DNA from: an uncultured Gemmatimonadaceae bacterium
GTDB taxonomy: Bacteria; Gemmatimonadota; Gemmatimonadetes; Gemmatimonadales; Gemmatimonadaceae
DNA: 64,000 nucleotides
Reading direction: 5' to 3'
NCBI GenBank assembly: GCA_963761305.1
Contig: CAVXGK010000001.1
Span: forward strand, 1,088,001-1,152,000
The position numbers were made by a program, and so were the translations under genes. This document shows, in pieces, positions 1 through 9,590 of the stretch (position 1 is its first letter; every line of letters starts with the position of its first letter). The notes below the pieces were generated by a model. The model was given only the letters and a program-made list of their open reading frames with translations. It did not search any database and was not told where the DNA came from.

Positions 1-959
1 CGGGCGTGGAGGATGCGGCGTTGTCGACGATGCTGCCGCCTGACTGGACCAAGTACGATTCGCGAATCTTTCTCGAGGGGGAACCGCGCCCGACGCGGAG
101 CGATCCGGCGCGCACGCCGCGTTGGCAGATGGTGACGCCCGGCTATTTCGCGACCATGGGCATTCCGCTCCTCCGCGGCCGAGCACTCACCGACCACGAC
201 GATTCGACGTCCGCGAGCGCGATCGTGGTGAGCGAGTCGATGGCGCGCGCCTACTGGCCGGACCAAAGCCCGCTCGGCAAACGAATTGGCTGCGCGTGCG
301 ACGACACGACGATGATGACCGTCGTCGGAGTGGTCGGCGACGTGCGCTTCAACCCGAACGTCGGTCCCGCCGAGGCGCCGACGTACTACGTGACCGTCGC
401 TCAGGCGCACCCCTGGCGCACGATGTCGTTGATCGTCCGCACGAAGAACGATCCGGCGTCGATGACGCGCCGCGTCGAGCGCGCGATCGCGACCGTCGCG
501 CCGACCGTGGCGCCAGGCGGCGTGCTGACGCTCGACCACGTGCAGCGCAGCGCGCTCTCTCCGCAGCGAATCACCAGCGAGATGATGACGGCGTTCGCGA
601 TCGTCGCGCTGCTTTTGGCGGCCATCGGCATCCACGGCGTGATCTCGTACACGGTCGCGCAACGCACGCACGACATCGGCGTCCGCACGGCGCTCGGCGC
701 CCAACCCGCCGACATCGTGCGAGGCGTCCTCGGTCCGGCGACGCGCTTCATCGTGTTCGGCATCGCCGTCGGTATCGCCGGCGCGGCCTTGATGACACGG
801 GCGTTGGCGCACCTGCTGACGCAGCTCTCGCCGAACGACCCGCTGTCGTTCGGCGCGGCGGTCACGGTGCTGGCGTCGGCTGCCCTCGCCGGTGCGTATC
901 TCCCGGCGCGGCGAGCGATGCGAATCGATCCGGCGATCGCGCTGCGACGCGACGTGTAG
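1..959 (+). CDS. ABC transporter permease (MacB/FtsX, ADOP-type), 5'-truncated by the window
   Basis: VTPGYFATMGIPLLRGR and RTHDIGVRTALGA motifs; ends PARRAMRIDPAIALR, typical of a FtsX-domain C-terminus. Confidence 0.9.
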   Translation, partial: GVEDAALSTMLPPDWTKYDSRIFLEGEPRPTRSDPARTPRWQMVTPGYFATMGIPLLRGRALTDHDDSTSASAIVVSESMARAYWPDQSPLGKRIGCACDDTTMMTVVGVVGDVRFNPNVGPAEAPTYYVTVAQAHPWRTMSLIVRTKNDPASMTRRVERAIATVAPTVAPGGVLTLDHVQRSALSPQRITSEMMTAFAIVALLLAAIGIHGVISYTVAQRTHDIGVRTALGAQPADIVRGVLGPATRFIVFGIAVGIAGAALMTRALAHLLTQLSPNDPLSFGAAVTVLASAALAGAYLPARRAMRIDPAIALRRDV

Positions 960-1194
960 CGCCGGCAACAACCTCGGTGGCGCGTGACGGCGGCCTTGAC
1001 CGTGCCGAACCGCGCGGGCTGAGGCGCCTTCGTTACACAGATTCGCTATGCAAGAACTCTCGTAGCGACGTGCCGCCGCGGGGCACCGGCCCCGGACCGC
1101 GAATTGCCTTCCCTACAACTTCGGGTAGCCGCGTGGCCACCCGCCGCGCTCGGCCCGTCGCCGCGAGCGGCGTCAGCGCTTTGCAGGGAGATTC

Positions 1195-1863
1195 ATGATG
1201 TTCCGTCCGTCTCATGTCGTCGTCGTCGGCGCACTGGCGCTGACCGCTAGCGCCTGTAGCGACACCACCAACGCCGTCTTCCCCTTCAATTCCGCCGTCG
1301 TTCGCCTCGTCAACGCCACCGACACGCCGATCACGCTATCGGTCTCGGGCGTCCCCGACTCGGCGAACTCGAGGCTCGTGTTCGGTCAGTCATCCGCCTG
1401 CGTGTTGATCGATCTGTCAAACAGGGTGTCGGTCATCACCGTCACGAACAACGCGGCCGGCGGGTTGGTCCCCTTCAGCCCGATCCTGTCACCTGGCGAC
1501 AACCTGACAGTCGTCGCGTTCGGCGCCACAGCGGGCGTCATACAGTTGGCGACGCTGAACAATCGCTTCGTGCCGACCTTCAACAGCGCGGGACTGCGCT
1601 TCTTCAACGGCGTGGCGAGCACCGGCCCGCTGTTCATGCAGCGGCGTGGCGTCGCGCTCACACCCTTCGTTCAGTTCGGCACGGCGAGCGCGTTCGTGAG
1701 CGTGCCGACCGATTCAGCGTCGATCACGTTCGCCAATGGACTCTCCGTCGTCCTCGACGCCGGCCGGATGGCGTTCCCGCTCGGACAGAACTCGACCGTC
1801 GTGGTCGGGCCGCCGGCGGCTGGCACCGATCCGCTTCGCTTCTTCACGGTACAGGCATGTTGA
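1195..1863 (+). CDS. DUF4397-like lipoprotein
   Basis: Lipobox LTASAC; repeated VRLVNA / LRFFNG beta modules; GGGAGA RBS. Confidence 0.65.
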   Translation: MMFRPSHVVVVGALALTASACSDTTNAVFPFNSAVVRLVNATDTPITLSVSGVPDSANSRLVFGQSSACVLIDLSNRVSVITVTNNAAGGLVPFSPILSPGDNLTVVAFGATAGVIQLATLNNRFVPTFNSAGLRFFNGVASTGPLFMQRRGVALTPFVQFGTASAFVSVPTDSASITFANGLSVVLDAGRMAFPLGQNSTVVVGPPAAGTDPLRFFTVQAC

Positions 1864-1904
1864 GCTCAGGGGCGGCACCGCGCGCGCACCCCATGGACAG
1901 GCAC

Positions 1905-2336
1905 ATGCGCAGCATCGCGATTGCTCTTCTGCTGGGCACACTCGGGTTCGTGGCGTGTACGAGCAACGACAACAACGTGGTGGGCACGCCCAGTGCGCCG
2001 AACGCCCCGTTCGCCTTGCAAACTGTCAACGGCGCCGCATTGCCGGCGGTGGTGTTCGATTCCGCCAATCCTCCACTCAGACTCGACGCGCTCTCCGGTG
2101 CGATCACGATCGGGCCCGCCAATGTCTTCAGCGACGTCACCACGTTCCGTCAGACGCTTGGCGGTGTCGTCTCGACCCGAACCGTGACGTGCACCGGAAC
2201 GTTCAATGCCGTCGGAAACGTCTTCGAGTTCATGGAAGGGGCCGCACCGGACTGCGGCCTCACCTTCACTGGCGTGTTGAGCGGCGCCACGCTCACCGCG
2301 TCGGTCCTTGGCGCACCGGCGGTGTTCAGCCAGTAG
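1905..2336 (+). CDS. Hypothetical lipoprotein
   Basis: MRSIAIALLLGTLGFVAC signal with lipobox; F-x-LQTVNG-x-x-LP motif; start uncertain (1893 or 1905). Confidence 0.65.
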   Translation: MRSIAIALLLGTLGFVACTSNDNNVVGTPSAPNAPFALQTVNGAALPAVVFDSANPPLRLDALSGAITIGPANVFSDVTTFRQTLGGVVSTRTVTCTGTFNAVGNVFEFMEGAAPDCGLTFTGVLSGATLTASVLGAPAVFSQ

Positions 2337-2417
2337 TCGTACGGATATCGATTGTCGTCGACAGTCGTCTAAGGACAGCTACAGTTCGTGCAGCGAGTTG
2401 GACACCTCCTAGACGCC

Positions 2418-3377
2418 ATGGCTGATTCCGAACTGAACCCGCCGTACGACGTAACGTTTGGCGCGCAGCGCCGATGGCAACTGCGCCGACTTCGGGCCGC
2501 GAAGCGGCACGCGATGCGGCTGCTCGGAGAGATGAAGCGCCGGGCCCTGCGGCGGCCAGCGGGCGAAAAGCTTCTGTTGGACCGATTCGCGCGCGTGCAC
2601 AGGCGCCCGCTCGACTTGGCGCATCCGAGGACCTTTACGGAAAAGCTCTTCTGCCGGATGGTGCTGTGGAATCGCCGGATGGACCGGAAATTCTCGCGCC
2701 TTACCGACAAGTTGGCCGCCCGGGCGTATGTGAGCCGCAAGGTGGGCGATGAGGTTCTGGTAAAGATCCTCTGGCAAGGGAAGGACCCCAGCCGGATTCC
2801 GTTTGACAGCTTGCCCGCCACCTACGTGATCAAGCCAAACCACGGTAGTCGCGCCGTCATCGTAGTCACGGGAAAGCCTGACAAAACCGAGATCATCCAG
2901 CGTGCGAAGGAGTGGCTCGCCACCAACTACTACTGGTTGTGCCGGGAGTATCAGTACTATCGCATTCCACCGCGGCTTATGATCGAAGAGCACCTCGTGA
3001 ACGCAGATGGAAGCGAGGCGCTCGCCTACAAGTTCTGGTGCTTCAACGGCGTGCCGCGGGTGCTCTACGTCACGAACCTGGTGCATTCGTTCAGCGTGTT
3101 CTTCGACACGGCATGGAATGCTCTCGACTTCACGCACCACTCGAATCCGCACCCACTCTCGGTGGAGCGACCGCGGAGCCTCGATCGAATGGTCGCCCTC
3201 GCGGCGCGCCTGTCGGAAGACTTTGATTTCGTGCGCGTGGATCTGTACGCCGTGGATGAGAAGATCTACTTCAACGAGCTCACGTTTACGCCGTCGGCCG
3301 GCTATCTCGACTTCACGCCGGCCGAGTGGGATCTGACGCTGGGACGCTGGTGGGCGATGGACGAGTCGGCGTCATAG
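2418..3377 (+). CDS. TupA-like ATP-grasp amidoligase
   Basis: PRTFTEKL, DKLAARAYV, VIKPNHGS, YKFWCFNG, FVRVDLY, FNELTFTP motifs. Confidence 0.85.
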   Translation: MADSELNPPYDVTFGAQRRWQLRRLRAAKRHAMRLLGEMKRRALRRPAGEKLLLDRFARVHRRPLDLAHPRTFTEKLFCRMVLWNRRMDRKFSRLTDKLAARAYVSRKVGDEVLVKILWQGKDPSRIPFDSLPATYVIKPNHGSRAVIVVTGKPDKTEIIQRAKEWLATNYYWLCREYQYYRIPPRLMIEEHLVNADGSEALAYKFWCFNGVPRVLYVTNLVHSFSVFFDTAWNALDFTHHSNPHPLSVERPRSLDRMVALAARLSEDFDFVRVDLYAVDEKIYFNELTFTPSAGYLDFTPAEWDLTLGRWWAMDESAS

Positions 3378-3791
3378 GAGACGCGAAACTCGCTGTAGCG
3401 TCATTCGTGTCCGCTGGAGTTCCTTGCGGACGGCCTCGACCTGAGGCTGCAGCGCAGGATCCGCGTCGCGCCGGAGCACGAGGTAGCGGCGATACGAGCG
3501 GATCGCGAAGTCGCGGTCCCCCGCCAACGTGGCAATCCGCCCTTCCTCGAGAAGCTGCGCCGTGTAGTAGACGCCCGGGGCATTCACGCTCTCGGTACGA
3601 CGAATCGCCGCGGCCGCGCGTGGAACGTCGCCCACCGCTTCCCAACCGCGTGCGGCAATGAGATTCCCCAATCCGCCGAGCACACCTTGCGGATCGGTCT
3701 TGAGGACCGAGTCCAGGCGCGTCAGCAGCGCGCGCGCGTCCGTTAGAATCGAGAGCCGCGTCCCGCGAGCGGGCGAGAGGGGGAACGTCAT
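3372..3791 (-). pseudogene. Orphan C-terminal TPR-like fragment of a kinase/BTAD-TPR protein
   Basis: EGRIATLAGDRDFAIRSYRRYLVLRRDADPALQPQVEAVRKEL resembles the C-terminus of the 38555..40468 protein; no N-terminal domains. Confidence 0.5.
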
Positions 3792-3877
3792 TGACAGACT
3801 TGTCGGGCCTCTGAACGACTTCTCGTTAGTAATGTGGGTGTGCGAGAGTCGGGGTGGTTCTCTTACCTGGGGACGCG

Positions 3878-5320
3878 ATGATCCGAAACCGAGCCGTAGG
3901 AAGACCGTGGTCGTGGTTGGCGCTCGTCGCCGCACGCGCCCTAGTCGCATGCTCGGGCGACATAACGCCATCATCGGCGCCCGGTGAGTCGGCCATCGCC
4001 CGGCTGTCGACGCCAATGCCCACCGCCGGGCTGGTCGCGTACTACCCGTTCGACGGCAGCGCCGACGACGCTAGCGGCAAGGCGAGCAACGGTGTCGTTT
4101 CCGGTGCAACGCTCATCGCTGACCGATTCGGAGCAGCCAATCACGCGTACTACTTCGACGGTCAGTCCGCGAGCATCACCACGACGACGAAACACTTTGC
4201 CCAGTCGGGCCAATTGAGTGTCTCGGTGTGGGTGATGCTGTCGGACGCCAGCGGCGGCTCGTTCATGGGGGCCAGCGAGTTCGGTGTTTCAAGCGGTGGC
4301 GGTACAAGCGGTTCCATCGGGCTGTCGATCTACCATCCACTCACGAATACCGCGTACGGAATCGGCGCGGTCGGCACGTGGGTGCACTTCGTGGGGACGT
4401 TCGACGGGCACGACATTCGCGCCTATACCAACGGCCAATTGGTCGACTGGCTAACGTGGCCCGGAGCGCTCGGCGACGCCGATCGCCCGCTGGTGTTCGG
4501 CCAGTTTCTGACGCAGCACTGGCAGGGTGCGCTCGACGACGTTCGCATCTACGATCGGGCGCTCACACCGGACGAGATCCAGCAGCTCTATCACGAGGGC
4601 GGGTGGTCGCCTGCGTCGTCGCTCGCGTTGCCACCGGCGCCGTCGGTCGCGCGAGACGTCTCGGTCACCTACGTGATCACCGGCAGCGCAACGACCGACG
4701 ACGGTTCGCCCGTGGCAGGCGCGCAGATCGTCGCCCTTATCAGCCCCGCACAAGGACCGAGTCTCGATTCACTCGGCCAGCGCGTGTGCAACTGTCAGGT
4801 CTCCACCACGACCGGCTCGAACGGCCACTACACCATGACGATCGCGGTCGCCGACCCGGGGTCAATCGGCATGCAGCTGTTCGGGGGCGACGGATATGAA
4901 GAGGAGAATCAGGTGATGGCACCGGTTGGGTCGGGCTCCGCGCAAACGATGAATTTTCACGTCCACCAGATGCGCCAGATTGCGGCGGGGGACTCGATAG
5001 CGGTGACGGTCAGCCCGAACAATTCGGCGTGCTTCAACGACCTCCAAAAGGTCGGTGGGTGGGCCCTCGATCAGCCCCGCTGTCGCACGATACTCGTGAT
5101 GCCGGCTGCTGACGGCGTCCTGCGTGTGGACGCACTTTCGACGCAGGGCGGCGCGGCCAGCGGGCTGGAGATTGAAGACGCGGCCCTCCAGAATGAACAT
5201 CTTGGCAACCCCGGGTCCGTTCGAGTCACGGCGGGCAAGTACGTGCGAGTGAACGTCGAGATCCCCAACAACTCCCCGAGCCAGACGTTCGTGGTGCATA
5301 CGTCGCTCACACCCCCGTAG
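3878..5320 (+). CDS. LamG/concanavalin-A-like domain lipoprotein with carboxypeptidase-regulatory-like domain
   Basis: Lipobox LVAC; GLVAYYPFDG, DRFG, WVHFVGTFDG, GALDDVRIYDRALTPDEI. Confidence 0.8.
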   Translation: MIRNRAVGRPWSWLALVAARALVACSGDITPSSAPGESAIARLSTPMPTAGLVAYYPFDGSADDASGKASNGVVSGATLIADRFGAANHAYYFDGQSASITTTTKHFAQSGQLSVSVWVMLSDASGGSFMGASEFGVSSGGGTSGSIGLSIYHPLTNTAYGIGAVGTWVHFVGTFDGHDIRAYTNGQLVDWLTWPGALGDADRPLVFGQFLTQHWQGALDDVRIYDRALTPDEIQQLYHEGGWSPASSLALPPAPSVARDVSVTYVITGSATTDDGSPVAGAQIVALISPAQGPSLDSLGQRVCNCQVSTTTGSNGHYTMTIAVADPGSIGMQLFGGDGYEEENQVMAPVGSGSAQTMNFHVHQMRQIAAGDSIAVTVSPNNSACFNDLQKVGGWALDQPRCRTILVMPAADGVLRVDALSTQGGAASGLEIEDAALQNEHLGNPGSVRVTAGKYVRVNVEIPNNSPSQTFVVHTSLTPP

Positions 5321-5490
5321 ACTCGCCCACGCTCGGCGCGAGAGCCGAGAGTAGAGCGCTCGCGGATGGAACGCGGGGCGCGCGGCCGGACAACGCGGCC
5401 GCGCGCCCTTCCCTACTTCCGGGGCGGGGTGCGGAGAACTGGGACGGGCGCGGGGGGCGGGCACGGAGAATTGGAATGCGTCCCGACTTT

Positions 5491-5718
5491 CGCGACGCGA
5501 GCCCCTCTACTTGTTATATATCCGCCGACTGCGATATGGCTACTCGGCAAAATCTGCCTGGTTTATAAAGGTCCAATTGAAAGAGTTTATCAAAGGCGAG
5601 CATCATGCGAGCATCATGCATGACGCTTGCATGACGTTTATAACCAGCGACGATGGTTAGGGGATGTACCCAAAATGCGGTCCGCGGATAAGACCCAAGT
5701 AGAGGGGCGAGAGTCGCG
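5491..5718. repeat. 228-bp imperfect inverted repeat with AT-richer core
   Basis: 5491-5543 is colinear with the reverse complement of 5666-5718 (39/53 by eye, including perfect GCCCCTCTACTTG); inner pair CTGGTTTATAAA 5558-5569 / TTTATAACCAG 5637-5647. Confidence 0.8.
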
Positions 5719-5849
5719 GGTATTCCTGTCGATCGACCACGGGCGCGCGACGATCGAGGCATGGAGGCAGTTGACCGATGCTGCCGCCTGAAGCGGCCCA
5801 CTAGAGCCCCAGCCCAGCAGCGATCGCTATCAGGGCAAAGGGGCCGCAA

Positions 5850-5880
5850 ACGAAAGAGGCCGCCAGCTGCGGCGGCCTCT
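5850..5880 (-). terminator. Intrinsic terminator after tRNA-Gln
   Basis: Minus strand AGAGGCCGCC-GCAGCT-GGCGGCCTCT followed by TTCGTTT. Confidence 0.8.
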
Positions 5881-5883
5881 GAG

Positions 5884-5956
5884 TTGCCCCTCCTGGGATC
5901 GAACCAGGACTCTCCTGATCCAGAGTCAGGCGTGTTGCCAGTTACACCAAGGGGCA
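5884..5956 (-). tRNA. tRNA-Gln (anticodon CTG), CCA not encoded
   Basis: TGCCCCTTGGTGTAACTGGCAACACGCCTGACTCTGGATCAGGAGAGTCCTGGTTCGATCCCAGGAGGGGCAA cloverleaf. Confidence 0.95.
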
Positions 5957-5994
5957 AAAAATCGCCGTCTCCTCGCGGAGCGGCGAATGCCTTG

Positions 5995-6023
5995 AGTATA
6001 CTTTACATAGCGCACCCGTTCAA
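5995..6023 (-). promoter_or_regulatory. Sigma70 promoter of tRNA-Gln
   Basis: TTGAAC-N17-TATACT on the minus strand, about 40 nt upstream of the tRNA. Confidence 0.75.
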
Positions 6024-6107
6024 CCCTGATGGCGGCTCGACCACCCCTCCACCAGAGTCCGGATCAGCGCACGTCGCACGATCCGTAAACTCAACCTCGG
6101 CCGCCGT

Positions 6108-7505
6108 TTGCCTCATCGCAACCCACCCGTCGGCGTTCGTTGCCGACGACTGCCGGCGTCTCGCGTTTTCGCCGCGTCGTGGGTAGCAATCGGGGTCGTG
6201 ACCGGACTCGCGCTCGCGGCCTGCGCCGACACCTTCCGCGGACTCGGCCCCGCCCCCGCAGTTGCCGAGTCCCATGCCGCCGAGCTGTTCGACGCAATCG
6301 CGGCGCGCTTCACCCGTGTCGAGCTGGCGCCCAAGTACGAGTACGCCCGGCGCCGGCTCGCCGAGACGGCCCTCGTCCCGTCTCGCGTCTTCGACGACAC
6401 GGCGGTCTGGTCGCTCATGCCGTCCACGTCCACGCGTGTCCTGCTCGTCCACGGTGAGATGGACGACAAGACAAGTCGCTATCGACTCGAGACCCGGGCC
6501 GCGCTGACGCCTATCATCAGCGGCGGCGAGACGCGTCACACGATGGAGCTTCGCTCCCTCGAGCCGGACGTGTACCGCTGGGACACGAACGTCGACATGG
6601 CGGTCGGCCCGATCTCGGCCGCCGAAGTGAGCAACTTGGCGGTCGCCCTGTTTCGCGCGCCGGAGGCACGAACCGAAGCGCAGGTGCGTGAGGACTATCG
6701 CGCGGCGTTTCCCAAGACGTCGGCCGTGTTCGGGCGAGGGTTCGCGATCGACTCGCTCCGCGTCGCAGCCGCGGCGGGCGGCGGGACGAGTGTCACGATC
6801 ACCGCGGGCTTCCACGCCGAGACGATGCGGGCGTCGTATCCGGCCCTCGCCGATTACCTCGAGAAGTACTTCGGTCCGGCGAAGTACCACTTTGCGCTCG
6901 CCGACAAGGACGGAACGCCGTTTCTCGACGCGGCCGGGCGTGACCATATCCTCACGCTCCGCTATCGTATCGACGACGGGAAGCTGGTGTCGCTCACCGG
7001 TGCGCCGCGCCCGTGGCCCGATACCCTGCGGCTGACGTCCGACGTGCTGATGAAGGTGAAGGTGTTCAAGGCCGGGTTCCATTCGCTGGTGACCGACTTC
7101 GTGACCTCCAACGTCGGCCACGACCGTGCGTTCACGATCGTCGCCCAGCACGAGCCGCAATGGGACCTCCCGCTCGCCAGCCAGCGGCTGATCCGCACGC
7201 CGCTCCACCGGCCGTTCATTGGACAGGGCTCGCTGTTCCAGCTCTCGGTGCGCGACAGCGCGGGCGGCCAAACGATCTTCTCGCGACGCACGCGATTCGA
7301 CGTTCAGGAGAGCACGATCGCCCGATTCCTCGGCTCGCTCGCCGGGCGCATGATGAGCGACCTCGATGGGACGGTCGAGGCCGAGGAAGATCGGTTTCTG
7401 CGCGACGGGTTCCTGGCGATGCAGGCCGATCTGCGAACGGTCGCGCGCGGCTGGAAGGGGCGCGGCGACGAGGTGGTACAAAAGGGAAACGCCACCAAGC
7501 CCTGA
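6108..7505 (+). CDS. Hypothetical lipoprotein
   Basis: Long ORF with coding-like codon bias; lipobox LALAAC; true start probably downstream of 6108. Confidence 0.7.
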   Translation: MPHRNPPVGVRCRRLPASRVFAASWVAIGVVTGLALAACADTFRGLGPAPAVAESHAAELFDAIAARFTRVELAPKYEYARRRLAETALVPSRVFDDTAVWSLMPSTSTRVLLVHGEMDDKTSRYRLETRAALTPIISGGETRHTMELRSLEPDVYRWDTNVDMAVGPISAAEVSNLAVALFRAPEARTEAQVREDYRAAFPKTSAVFGRGFAIDSLRVAAAAGGGTSVTITAGFHAETMRASYPALADYLEKYFGPAKYHFALADKDGTPFLDAAGRDHILTLRYRIDDGKLVSLTGAPRPWPDTLRLTSDVLMKVKVFKAGFHSLVTDFVTSNVGHDRAFTIVAQHEPQWDLPLASQRLIRTPLHRPFIGQGSLFQLSVRDSAGGQTIFSRRTRFDVQESTIARFLGSLAGRMMSDLDGTVEAEEDRFLRDGFLAMQADLRTVARGWKGRGDEVVQKGNATKP

Positions 7506-7674
7506 GTTGGTGGCGCCGCGCCTGCTTGGCGGGGGCTCCTCGGAGTTGCCTCGCTCGCCGTCATTGGAACTCTGCGTCCTACCGATCGGCGGCGGGCATA
7601 TTATCCGAGGGCGAACTTCATGCCCGATTGTCTTACCCTACGTCCAACGTGCAGCGGCGGTTTCATCGCTGCCA

Positions 7675-7747
7675 TGGAGCTGACCGGGATCGAACCGGTG
7701 ACCTCTGCAGTGCGATTGCAGCGCTCTCCCAGCTGAGCTACAGCCCC
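7675..7747 (-). tRNA. tRNA-Ala (anticodon CGC), CCA not encoded
   Basis: GGGGCTGTAGCTCAGCTGGGAGAGCGCTGCAATCGCACTGCAGAGGTCACCGGTTCGATCCCGGTCAGCTCCA. Confidence 0.95.
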
Positions 7748-7809
7748 CTTCCGACCTAACCCCATGGAAAAGGCCCCGCAGGTCGCGGGGCCGCCTCCCA
7801 CAAGACCTA

Positions 7810-7838
7810 AAACTAGAAGGCGACTGCGCTTGCGTCAA
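7810..7838 (-). promoter_or_regulatory. Sigma70 promoter of tRNA-Ala
   Basis: TTGACG-N17-TAGTTT on the minus strand. Confidence 0.65.
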
Positions 7839-7953
7839 GTTGACTTGCCGGCGCCGCAGAGGTAACAAAACTGGTGTAAGGCGGTTCCGCTTCATTCGCT
7901 CACGTCTCCCGCTCCCGTTCCACGTCTCCGCACCCCGCCTCCGCTCCCGTCCC

Positions 7954-8916
7954 GTGTTTAATGATCTCCGAGCCGTAGACGTCCTCGCCGCGGCGGACCG
8001 CATCCGACCGCTCATCAAACGAACGCCGCTCGTGCGCAGCGACGCGCTCAGCGCGATCGCCGGCGGCGACGTGTACCTCAAGCTCGAGAACCGGCAGATC
8101 ACCGGCTCGTTCAAGCTGCGCGGCGCGCTCAACGTGCTGGCGACGCTCCCGCTCGACGCTCGCGCGCGCGGTGTGGTCGCGTCGTCGGCCGGCAATCACG
8201 GACTCGGCGTCGCCCACGCCGCCAAGCACTTCGGAACGCACGCGACGATTTTCGTGCCGACCAACGCCCCGCAGGTGAAGCGCGAGGGCATCACCGCGCT
8301 CGGCGCGGCGATCGACACGACGCAGCCGCACTACGACGCGGCGATGGACGCCGCCAAGGCATACGCCGCGCAGCGCGGCGCGACGTACATCAACCCCTGC
8401 CTGGGCGACATGCTGCTCGCCGGCCAGGGGACGGTGGCGCTCGAGATTCTCGGCGAGCTGCCCGATCTCGCGACGCTCGTCGTGAACGTGGGCGGCGGCG
8501 GTCTGCTGGGCGGGTGCGGGACGCTGTTGCGCGCGGTGGCGCCGCACGTACGCATCGCGGCGGCGCAGAGCGTGAACACGGCGGCGATGTCGCGATCGCT
8601 CGCCGCGGGCCGAGTCGTCGAGATCGAGAATCTGCCGACGCTCGCCGACGGCCTCGCGGGCCAGATCGACGAAACCGCGTTGGACATCGGCCAACACGCG
8701 ATCGACGAAATGGTCACGATCGAAGAGCAGGAGATCGGGAAGACGATCTCGTGGCTCTGGTCCACGCACGGCGAGCGTGTCGAAGGCGCCGGGGCATGCG
8801 CCACCGGAGCCGTCCTGCTGCAAAAGCTTCGATCAATCCGGACGCCCGCCGCGATCGTGGTCAGCGGCGGGAACATCGACGACTCCAAACTCGAAGCGGC
8901 ACGACGCCACGCGTAG
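7954..8916 (+). CDS. PLP-dependent threonine/serine dehydratase
   Basis: LKLENRQITGSFKLRGA, SSAGNHG, GQGTVALE, VGGGGL, VVSGGNID. Confidence 0.9.
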   Translation: MFNDLRAVDVLAAADRIRPLIKRTPLVRSDALSAIAGGDVYLKLENRQITGSFKLRGALNVLATLPLDARARGVVASSAGNHGLGVAHAAKHFGTHATIFVPTNAPQVKREGITALGAAIDTTQPHYDAAMDAAKAYAAQRGATYINPCLGDMLLAGQGTVALEILGELPDLATLVVNVGGGGLLGGCGTLLRAVAPHVRIAAAQSVNTAAMSRSLAAGRVVEIENLPTLADGLAGQIDETALDIGQHAIDEMVTIEEQEIGKTISWLWSTHGERVEGAGACATGAVLLQKLRSIRTPAAIVVSGGNIDDSKLEAARRHA

Positions 8917-8943
8917 GCGCGCCGTCACCGCTCTGCTGATCGA

Positions 8944-9426
8944 CTAGCGAAACTCGCGGGTCAGCACGCTCGACGCGCGGCGTTCGTTGCCGAGCGACGG
9001 GTTGTTGCGCGAGCCGTGCGTGTCGGCCGTGTTGTTGTCCGAGTGGCCACCGATCGCGACTTCGCGATCGCTTTCCAAACCGCCCGGATGATGCTGGAAG
9101 CGATCGATCGACGAGACGTGCGACGCGTTTCCGGTGTTGCTCCGGTTGCGCGACTGCCCGCGCGCTTCCCCACCACGACGGCCGATGGCCGCCATATGTT
9201 CGCGATTCCGACTCACCGCGACGCCGCCCTTGCGGCCCGCTTCGCGGGCTTCGCCCGAGTCGAATTCGTGGGCTGTGCCCTTGGCATGAGCGGCCTTTCC
9301 GCCCTTGCTCGCGATCTCGCGCTGCTTGCTGCGGTCCATCGATGCGAATCCGCGATTGCTGCGCGTGCGCGTTCCGGACGTGCCTCCGGCCGACGTGCGA
9401 TCGTCACTACCCGGCTTGTTCGGCAT
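8944..9426 (-). CDS. KGG-repeat general stress protein (YciG/GsiB-like)
   Basis: RGFASMD...REIASKGG, AHEF, AGRKGG repeats; AAGGAGGAG RBS. Confidence 0.9.
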   Translation of the reverse strand: MPNKPGSDDRTSAGGTSGTRTRSNRGFASMDRSKQREIASKGGKAAHAKGTAHEFDSGEAREAGRKGGVAVSRNREHMAAIGRRGGEARGQSRNRSNTGNASHVSSIDRFQHHPGGLESDREVAIGGHSDNNTADTHGSRNNPSLGNERRASSVLTREFR

Positions 9427-9491
9427 CCTGCTCCTCCTTAGAAGTGGCGTTCCTTGCAGTGCCCCTCTTGCGGCCACCGTCGGCCGTTCAG

Positions 9492-9507
9492 TGCAAATGC
9501 CTTGCCG
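9492..9507 (-). promoter_or_regulatory. Putative sigma54 (-24/-12) promoter of the KGG gene
   Basis: CGGCAAGGCATTTGCA fits GG-N10-GC with TTGCA, about 66 nt upstream of the ATG. Confidence 0.5.
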
Positions 9508-9590
9508 CTAGCGGCCCCGGCTTCGTCCTTTTGCGCAAAGGACTCGACGACAGCAAAAAGGGTTCCAGCCCGCGGCTATATTCACCGACC

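Noticed and set aside
1..5884. Intact integrative element at tRNA-Gln
   Set aside because: No integrase and no duplicated tRNA 3' end found within the window.
5989..6016. Possible dif site (CATAGCGCACC resembles a XerC arm)
   Set aside because: No XerD arm, and the sequence is explained as the tRNA-Gln promoter spacer.
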